Positions 57,337 through 64,000 of a DNA stretch of 64,000 nucleotides are shown here, piece by piece. This stretch comes from an uncultured virus (IMG/VR IMGVR_UViG_3300021964_000046) (taxonomy: Duplodnaviria > Heunggongvirae > Uroviricota > Caudoviricetes), in the IMG/VR virus record IMGVR_UViG_3300021964_000046; one strand, written 5' to 3'. The notes beneath the pieces were generated by a model. The model was not told the origin of the DNA. It ran no database searches and saw nothing but the letters and a program-made list of their open reading frames with translations. The first letter of the stretch is position 1. Every line of letters starts with the position of its first letter. The translations under genes were made by a program, and so were the position numbers.

Positions 57337-58752
57337 AAATTGTATGCGCCAGGTTCCGTTTCGATATTCACCCTCGAATGCAAGTATCCATTCTGTACCA
57401 GTCCATTTATACTGGATTCCGGTATTTAGATTGGTTGTGTAAGATACGTCTGTTTCTGTACTTGCATCAAATAGTATGTTCCATGCTGTTCCAGTCCATT
57501 CAATAATATCATTTTCTGAAGCAACAAAATCTGTATTATCTGTATTTTTCCAAGCAGTAGGTCCAGATGCATTATCAGCATCGCCGATATTGCCTAATAA
57601 TAATATTCGTACACCTGCATTTTTAATGTCACTTGGATTATACTTTAGTGGATCTATGATATAATCAATTTTATTCCTATCGCCTGTTACACCTGTAATA
57701 ACTTTATCACTTGGTAATGTATCATTGTCCCAGGTAATTGAAAGTTTTGTGTCATCTGTTGGATTAATAGCAACTGAACCGTTTATGCTTTGTGAACGAT
57801 CTTGGCGGGTCAATTGTAGTTGACTTAAACCAGGACGGAATGTGCCAGGTAATGCGTCTATAAAACCTTGCCATGATGTTCCACCAACAACACCTTTGTG
57901 AATTAGTTGTGCTTGAGTACCCATTACAAGTACATCGTAATTGTTGTAGGCAGTAAGTGCAATACCAGCAGTATCTTTTCTTGATGCAGTACCGTCATTT
58001 GGTTCTTGTGCAGGTCTTTCTGCGTATTCATCGTTGTAGGCTTTTAATTCAGGGAAACTTTCACCTAAGTCAATTGTGCCTTGTTCTTCATTAAAAATAC
58101 TCATTACAATATCTGTAATAACACCAAGTTTTTTAACTTTAGCAGGAGGCGAAATGTATATAGGAGTTTTAAATCCTAAAGTACCAACATCAATTTCGCT
58201 TTCAGTTCCTGTAGGAATACTTCTACTACTAAAAGTTATACTTTCTAATTCTACAACACTTAAACTTGTCCAGTCTACATAGTTGTCAGTAGTTTGAATT
58301 TCTAAACTTGGATTAAACAGCATTAATATCTGTTCCATAATTTGTAATTTTTGATCTGTATTTGTTGACCAGATGTCAGCGTTTACTGTTAGACTGTATG
58401 GTGTTGGCATAAGACGTTCTACAGTTACGTTTTTACCTTGCGTGTTTAAATATTCTTGATTATCTTCATCATAAGCACGTTCTCTTAAATGAACCTTACC
58501 TACATATGATGCATCAGCAAGTCTATCACGATCTAATTCTAATCCTGTCATGTACACAGCAATACGTGGTGCACTTGGAATTTTGTTTTCTGAATTATCT
58601 CTCATGATGTGCCCAACTTGACGTGTAATGTCACCGTACATTACAGGAATTTGTTTTAGGTTTCCATCACCGTCTTTGTAAGAAAAATTACTCATAAGTC
58701 TAATCAACTGAGTAACATATCTTCTTATTTGTCCATCATAAAAATGTTGCAT
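57334..58752 (-). CDS. gp15: Tail sheath stabilizer / completion protein, T4 gp15-like, with C-terminal extension
   Basis: MQHFYDGQIRRY...F, QIPVMYG, PRIAV, PTPYSL...IW..NTDQKLQIMEQIL.LFNP. Confidence 0.8.
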   Translation of the reverse strand: MQHFYDGQIRRYVTQLIRLMSNFSYKDGDGNLKQIPVMYGDITRQVGHIMRDNSENKIPSAPRIAVYMTGLELDRDRLADASYVGKVHLRERAYDEDNQEYLNTQGKNVTVERLMPTPYSLTVNADIWSTNTDQKLQIMEQILMLFNPSLEIQTTDNYVDWTSLSVVELESITFSSRSIPTGTESEIDVGTLGFKTPIYISPPAKVKKLGVITDIVMSIFNEEQGTIDLGESFPELKAYNDEYAERPAQEPNDGTASRKDTAGIALTAYNNYDVLVMGTQAQLIHKGVVGGTSWQGFIDALPGTFRPGLSQLQLTRQDRSQSINGSVAINPTDDTKLSITWDNDTLPSDKVITGVTGDRNKIDYIIDPLKYNPSDIKNAGVRILLLGNIGDADNASGPTAWKNTDNTDFVASENDIIEWTGTAWNILFDASTETDVSYTTNLNTGIQYKWTGTEWILAFEGEYRNGTWRIQF

Positions 58753-59915
58753 TAATTATCCGCCTTAGGTTTAAGTGCTTGAGATAGACTTTGTCTTTCT
58801 TTTACAGATTCACCACCGATATCATTTGCTGTTGTGTTGTTAACGAATCCAGTTTTTTGTGTCTGTCTGTCGTCAGTGTTTGTCATTGTCATTCTAACAC
58901 CGTCTTCCATCTTGACCCAACGTTGACCGTCGTATCTAAATAATCTATTAGGTAAAAAATCTGTACGCAAAAAGTAATCTCCTGTAACCTGTGTAAGAGG
59001 AAAACTACTACCAAACCCAAATTCTTCTCCATTGGGTGGAATACCGTCACCGATAAGATATCCTGAATATCCTTCTCTATCTGGTGTTTGGTTTACTCTA
59101 CTTGCATCTAAGTTTCCTGCATTAACACTTGCATCAATTGTTGCTTCGTCGGCAGTTACAAGTTCTGGTTTACCTTGTGCATCTGTTTGTAACGTGTATA
59201 ATGAAGTTGTATCATAACCACTCTTAGGAGCATCGTCCTCTGCTTGTGCAAGTACAGCATTATTAATTTGCATTTCTTTTTCATATGTAGAAAGCACATC
59301 ACGTAACGATTGTGAACTACCTTCTTCTGCCGGTAAATCAAGTATGTCTTTAAACTCTTGAGAGTCAACTATTTGTTTTAATTTAACTCTATATAAATGT
59401 GGGTACCAAGTTTGTGTAAATCCTTCTGCGGCCCTGTTTACATCTTCTACAACATAAAAACGTTTCAATGCTACATTATAATCATTAAGTGCATTTTCGT
59501 CTTTTAAGTGAGGTAATTCAAATACGTCACCTGGCATAACTTTTCTACCTAATGTTTTAACACTGTAATTGATTGGAATAGTCATAAACAGCGTATCATT
59601 AGTTAAGAACAGGCCAAACTGGCTCATATCAAAGTCTACATCTTGTACATTGTAAATACCACGCATTACATAGATATCTGGATCGTACTTGCGATCTCTG
59701 TTTTCCATAAACAACATATCTTGGATATTTGTTTCTTTGATAGCATCGTAATGAGGCTGAGATGGCGTAGCATCTGCTTCATCAGGATTTTTAGGACCTA
59801 AATATTTGTGTACAAAGACATCAGTGCCACCTACAGTAAACATTTCTGTGATAGTTCTGTCTAAAAAATCGTAGTCTTTGCCCTTTTCAGGTTTGTATAA
59901 ACTAATTCTCGGCAT
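58752..59915 (-). CDS. gp14: Neck protein, T4 gp14-like
   Basis: EMFTVGGTDVFVHKY, SQFGLFLTND, PGDVFELPHL, FYVVEDV, LYRVKLK; upstream of gp15. Confidence 0.7.
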   Translation of the reverse strand: MPRISLYKPEKGKDYDFLDRTITEMFTVGGTDVFVHKYLGPKNPDEADATPSQPHYDAIKETNIQDMLFMENRDRKYDPDIYVMRGIYNVQDVDFDMSQFGLFLTNDTLFMTIPINYSVKTLGRKVMPGDVFELPHLKDENALNDYNVALKRFYVVEDVNRAAEGFTQTWYPHLYRVKLKQIVDSQEFKDILDLPAEEGSSQSLRDVLSTYEKEMQINNAVLAQAEDDAPKSGYDTTSLYTLQTDAQGKPELVTADEATIDASVNAGNLDASRVNQTPDREGYSGYLIGDGIPPNGEEFGFGSSFPLTQVTGDYFLRTDFLPNRLFRYDGQRWVKMEDGVRMTMTNTDDRQTQKTGFVNNTTANDIGGESVKERQSLSQALKPKADN

Positions 59916-59923
59916 AGTACTTG

Positions 59924-59944
59924 TATTTAGCGTTTGTATAAATA
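59924..59944. promoter_or_regulatory. Back-to-back late promoters for gp14 (TAAATA, minus, 59924-29) and gp13 (TATAAATA, plus, 59937-44)
   Basis: Both motifs lie in the 48-bp divergent gap. Confidence 0.7.
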
Positions 59945-59963
59945 CATATGGAGACGTTAATTT

Positions 59964-60722
59964 ATGGCTACATTACAAACACAAAAACAAGAAATATTTG
60001 ATTACGTAGATGCTATGCTTGGCGGAGGCATGGTTGACGTCGAGTTAGATCCTAAGCATTATGAAATAGCATTACGAAGTTCTATGGACAAATTCAGACA
60101 AAGATCTGATAATTCAGTAGAAGAAAGTTACGTATTTTTAGAAACAGTAATTGATCAGAATGATTATATTTTAGATCCTAATATTGTTGAAGTACGCCAA
60201 ATTTTCCGTAGATCAATTGGTTCAAGAACAGGCGGCGGCGATGGCGGTACATTGTTTGAACCATTCAACTTAGCCTATACAAATACATATTTGCTTTCAA
60301 GTTCAAATATGGGCGGACTTGCAACTTACAATTTGTTTGCAAGTTATCAAGAACTTGTGGGACGTATGTTTGGGTCGTTTATTGAATTCAAATGGAATAC
60401 TACAACAAAAAAACTTACGATCTTACAAAGACCAAGAGCAGAAGAAAATTTACTGTTGTACGTATACAATTACAGACCAGATTCAGAACTATTCACAGAT
60501 TATCTTGCAAAACAGTGGATCAAAGATTATACACTTGCCAAGTGCAAATATATGCTTGGTGAAGCACGTTCAAAGTTTGCTACTATTGCTGGACCACAGG
60601 GTGGATCAACACTAAACGGTGATGCACTCAAAGCAGAAGCACAAGGTGAAATGGAAAAACTTGAGGAAGACCTAAAAACTCAAGTTGCTGGCGGTGCCGG
60701 ATACGGCTTCACAATTGGCTAA
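59964..60722 (+). CDS. gp13: Neck protein, T4 gp13-like
   Basis: LGGGMVDVEL, WIKDYTLAKCK..LGEARSKF..I.GP.GG.TLNG..L..EA..E.EKL. Confidence 0.85.
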   Translation: MATLQTQKQEIFDYVDAMLGGGMVDVELDPKHYEIALRSSMDKFRQRSDNSVEESYVFLETVIDQNDYILDPNIVEVRQIFRRSIGSRTGGGDGGTLFEPFNLAYTNTYLLSSSNMGGLATYNLFASYQELVGRMFGSFIEFKWNTTTKKLTILQRPRAEENLLLYVYNYRPDSELFTDYLAKQWIKDYTLAKCKYMLGEARSKFATIAGPQGGSTLNGDALKAEAQGEMEKLEEDLKTQVAGGAGYGFTIG

Positions 60723-60729
60723 AAATCAC

Positions 60730-60758
60730 TTGACAATCTAAAACAAATATCATATACT
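60730..60758 (+). promoter_or_regulatory. Consensus sigma70 (early-type) promoter
   Basis: TTGACA (60730-35), 17-nt spacer, TATACT (60753-58), then SD AGGAG. Confidence 0.85.
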
Positions 60759-60783
60759 ATATACTTCTACTTAGGAGATATAG

Positions 60784-61395
60784 ATGATTATTGGTATATG
60801 CGGTTTAATTGGTTCAGGTAAAGATACTGTCGCTCAATATCTAATTGACAATCACAATTTTGTAAAAATATCATTTGCAGATAAATTAAAAGATGCTGTA
60901 GGTGTTATGTTTAATTGGGATAGAGAACTACTTGACGGTAAAACTGACGAATCAAGAGCATGGCGCGAAACAGAAGATCCGTATTGGACAGCAGAAACTG
61001 GTAGATCTATTACTCCAAGACTTGTATTACAAGAGTTTGGCACAGAGTGTATGCGTAACGGGTTTTATGATGGTATTTGGGTAAGTCTAACAAAACAGCA
61101 TATCCTTAATAATCCAGATACTAATTTTGTTTTACCTGATACACGTTTTCCTAACGAAGCAAAAATGTTATACGAAATTAATGGCGAAGTTTGGAGAGTA
61201 AAACGTGGACAAGATCCTGTATGGTTTAGAATATATCAAGATGTAGGTGTTGAACCAAAGGATGTACACCCTTCAGAATGGGCATGGGCTCATACTAAAT
61301 TTACACAAACTATAGAAAACAACGGAACACTTGAGCAACTTAGAAATCAGGTGCAAGATCGCCTTGTTTCCACCGGGCGCCTACTCTCTGCATAG
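60784..61395 (+). CDS. Deoxynucleoside monophosphate kinase (T4 gp1-like)
   Basis: IIGICGLIGSGKDT, SFADKLKD, TPRLVLQEFGTE, DTRFPNE, HPSE. Confidence 0.9.
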   Translation: MIIGICGLIGSGKDTVAQYLIDNHNFVKISFADKLKDAVGVMFNWDRELLDGKTDESRAWRETEDPYWTAETGRSITPRLVLQEFGTECMRNGFYDGIWVSLTKQHILNNPDTNFVLPDTRFPNEAKMLYEINGEVWRVKRGQDPVWFRIYQDVGVEPKDVHPSEWAWAHTKFTQTIENNGTLEQLRNQVQDRLVSTGRLLSA

Positions 61396-61678
61396 CAATC
61401 TGACAGTTAGCACACACAGTTTTTAAATTACCAGGTCTACAATTATTAAGATCACCGTCTATATGATATACTCTTAATTGTTCTTTGAAAGAGGCTTTGA
61501 AGTTACATTTTTCACAATGATCTTTTTGACGGTAACCTGCTAAGTACCATTTTGGATTGCCTCTATTTTTACCTTTATTCCTTACACAAACATCACATTG
61601 GCTTCTATAGAAAGTTTTATTACCTTTCTTATAGTTTATAGCGACAGGACGCTTACCACATTTGCATAATGGACGCAT
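61340..61678 (-). CDS. Zn-binding HNH-like protein
   Basis: CxC, CxxC, CEKC...VYHIDGDLNN..PGNL.TVCANC; TAAATA (61684-89)-N5-ATG. Confidence 0.75.
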   Translation of the reverse strand: MRPLCKCGKRPVAINYKKGNKTFYRSQCDVCVRNKGKNRGNPKWYLAGYRQKDHCEKCNFKASFKEQLRVYHIDGDLNNCRPGNLKTVCANCQIAMQRVGARWKQGDLAPDF

Positions 61679-61746
61679 AGTGTTATTTACCTAACCTTTT
61701 TATGCCCTTTTACACCGTGTATTTTGGTTAAATTATCTGACTTCTG

Positions 61747-61754
61747 TATAAATA
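61747..61754 (+). promoter_or_regulatory. T4 late promoter TATAAATA for tail sheath
   Basis: Exact consensus 30 nt upstream of ATG 61785, with SD AGGAG. Confidence 0.8.
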
Positions 61755-61784
61755 CATATAATAAGTTCAACAGGAGAACACAAG

Positions 61785-64000
61785 ATGGCAAACTTAGTAT
61801 CACCAGGTGTATCGGTCAGCGTAATAGACGAGAGTTTTTATACTCCGGCTGAACCAGGTACTACCCCTATGATTTTCGTTGCTACTGCACAAGACAAAGC
61901 GAATGCAAGTGGCACAGGAACAGCGAGAGGAACGACTAAAGCAAACGCTGGCGTACCTTTCTTATTAACTTCACAAAGAGATTTATCCGAGACTTTCGGA
62001 GATCCATCATTTTATACAGACAATAACAACAATCCAATACACGGCGGTGAGTTGAATGAATATGGTCTACAAACTGCTTACTCATACTTAGGCGTTTCTA
62101 ACAGAGCGTGGGTAGTAAGAGCAGACATTGACACTAATCAACTTCAAGCATCTGCTACTGCACCAAGTGCAGATCCAGAAAGCGGAACTTATTGGTTTGA
62201 TACACAAATTTCAAGAGTTGGTATTTTTGAATGGAATGGCAATGCCGTAACAGCAACTGGCGGACAGACATTCACAATGAAAACACCTACTGTAATTACA
62301 GACAAAACAAAATTAGTTGGCGATCAAGCAACTGGTAACCCTAAACCTTCTGTTGGACAAATTGGGGACTACGTTGTTGTTGCTACAACTACAATTAACA
62401 AAATCTTTTACAAAAATTCAAGTGGTACTTGGGTTAAAGTGGGAACTGACGCATGGATTGCATCTTGGCCAGTAGCGGCAGGCTCACAAAATGCTTCAGT
62501 AACACAAGGCTTAACATTTACAATCAACAGTGGCACAATTACTGCTGGTGCAGATGTTGCCGCAACTGTTGCCGCTATTAATACAGCAGGAACAGGTAAC
62601 GGATTTAGTGCTTCAGTAACTGATAGCAGAGTAAACTTATTCTCAACAGATGGTACAGATCTTGTTGTTGCAGAAGGAACAGGCTTAATGGCAGAATTAG
62701 GCTTTAGTGCTAAAACTTACAACGCACCAAAATTAAGCGTTGGACCACACACTTCAATTCCAGAGTTTAAATCAAGAGACACTGAGCCAGCACCAACTGG
62801 TTCTATTTGGTTTAAAACTACTGATGCAAACTTAGGTGCAAAACTTTACGTTAAAGAGTTTAATGGCGATACAGCACTTTGGGAAAATAAAAATGTTCCA
62901 ATTTATGCTAACAACATGAAGGCTCTTAAAGCACTTGATGCAACAGGCGGTGGCGCAAATCTTTCTGTAGACACTTACTACGCACAATCAAATGTGTCAG
63001 AAGATGCTCAAGCAGAATTTGATTTTAAAATCTTTAAACGTGTAGCAACTGGTGGAACAAAAATTACATCAGACATTATTGATACACAAGTAACAGCAAG
63101 TACATACACATTTACTATTGCTGAATCAATTACTAATCAAGATACATTGAACGCACCAATTCAAGTATCAATTACAGCAACAGGTGCTTCAGCAGATGCT
63201 GAAGAAATTGCAGGTCAAATCAACAGTGCAGGATTTACTAACATTGTTGCAAGTGTTGACAGTGCAAACAGAGTTGTAATTGAACATAATGACGGCGGTG
63301 AGTTTAGAATTGTTGATACAGACGGTGGATTAACACTTGCAGGTTACACACCATATGTAGATGCAAACAACGGTACAGCAAACTTATATTATGTACCAGG
63401 CACAGACGGTTCTACAAATCCAAAACAATATATGGCATCAAACTGGCAAGTACTTTCATATACTGCTGGCGATGATGCACCAAATGCTTTAGCGGCAGAT
63501 GGTACACTTTGGTACAACTCAGTTGTTGACGAAGCAGATATTATGATCCACAATGGTACTACTTGGGTAGGTTACCAGAACTATATTTCAGGACAAGTTA
63601 ACTACTCTTCAACAGATCCAAATGGTCCGATTGTTTCAGCAACAGAACCAACTAAACAATCAGATGGTTCAGGACTTGTTGACGGTGACATTTGGGTGTC
63701 CACAGCAGATCTTGAAAATTATCCACAAATTTATCAATACAATGGTCAAACACTTAAATTTGTATTAAGAGATAGTTCAGATCAGTCAACAGACAACGGC
63801 GTACTATTTGCAGATGCACGTTACAACACAGCAGGTGCTAACAGTGGCACAGCAGGTGAAATCAAAGACTTGCTAACAAGCAACTACTTAGATCCAGATG
63901 CTCCAGATCCAGCACTATATCCAAAAGGTATGATGCTGTTCAATCTAAGACGTTCAGGTTTCAATGTTAAGAAATTTGTACGTAACTATATTGATCTTGC
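61785..64000 (+). CDS. gp18: Tail sheath protein, T4 gp18-like (5' part; runs off the window)
   Basis: Own translation: MANLVSPGVSVSVIDESFY...LLTSQRDLSETFGDP.F...ELNEYGLQTAYSYLG...AWVVRAD. Appears open to the window end; absent from the track because it has no stop. Confidence 0.9.
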   Translation, partial: MANLVSPGVSVSVIDESFYTPAEPGTTPMIFVATAQDKANASGTGTARGTTKANAGVPFLLTSQRDLSETFGDPSFYTDNNNNPIHGGELNEYGLQTAYSYLGVSNRAWVVRADIDTNQLQASATAPSADPESGTYWFDTQISRVGIFEWNGNAVTATGGQTFTMKTPTVITDKTKLVGDQATGNPKPSVGQIGDYVVVATTTINKIFYKNSSGTWVKVGTDAWIASWPVAAGSQNASVTQGLTFTINSGTITAGADVAATVAAINTAGTGNGFSASVTDSRVNLFSTDGTDLVVAEGTGLMAELGFSAKTYNAPKLSVGPHTSIPEFKSRDTEPAPTGSIWFKTTDANLGAKLYVKEFNGDTALWENKNVPIYANNMKALKALDATGGGANLSVDTYYAQSNVSEDAQAEFDFKIFKRVATGGTKITSDIIDTQVTASTYTFTIAESITNQDTLNAPIQVSITATGASADAEEIAGQINSAGFTNIVASVDSANRVVIEHNDGGEFRIVDTDGGLTLAGYTPYVDANNGTANLYYVPGTDGSTNPKQYMASNWQVLSYTAGDDAPNALAADGTLWYNSVVDEADIMIHNGTTWVGYQNYISGQVNYSSTDPNGPIVSATEPTKQSDGSGLVDGDIWVSTADLENYPQIYQYNGQTLKFVLRDSSDQSTDNGVLFADARYNTAGANSGTAGEIKDLLTSNYLDPDAPDPALYPKGMMLFNLRRSGFNVKKFVRNYIDL

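Noticed and set aside
1892..60615. Numerous 60-195 aa antisense or alternative-frame ORFs in the track (e.g. 3047..3634, 7190..7660, 31906..32445, 37331..37741)
   Set aside because: Fully nested in well-supported genes, with composition expected from mirrored codon bias and no SD or promoter support.
1..64000. tRNA/rRNA genes, introns/inteins, integrase or transposase, stop-codon recoding
   Set aside because: None recognised; core genes are uninterrupted in the standard code and intergenic gaps are short and accounted for.

Overview
A 64-kb, AT-rich segment of a large T4-like (contractile-tailed) phage genome covering most of the virion morphogenesis region. It holds a gp26-like/gp51-like pair, tape measure, portal (gp20), prohead protease (gp21), scaffold (gp22), a compact major capsid protein (gp23), about 35 kb of paralogous baseplate/tail-fibre genes, neck and tail-completion genes (gp13, gp14, gp15), a dNMP kinase, an HNH-like protein and the 5' part of the tail sheath (gp18). 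Enzymes are embedded among the late structural genes: (i) a nitrilase-family hydrolase, a GT9-like glycosyltransferase, two SGNH-like paralogs and a NodU/CmcH carbamoyltransferase directly behind three extremely Cys-rich glycine-rich adhesin-like genes and their chaperones; (ii) an ADP-heptose module (NUDIX, hldE, hldD, cupin) behind gp14-gp15; (iii) a GNGxS-type glycosyltransferase-like gene inside the head operon. Together these suggest an undescribed virion/adhesin chemical-decoration system (inference). Non-coding signals: a free-standing ~245-nt structured RNA with its own sigma70-type promoter and terminator right after gp23, two structured 5' leaders, a probable -1 frameshift (T TTT TTC) fusing the gp26-like ORF to an ORF with no start codon, TAAATA late promoters often exactly 5 nt before ATG (probably leaderless mRNAs), and strong avoidance of GCWGC/AGCT. 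All family assignments come from motif recognition by eye; no searches were run.
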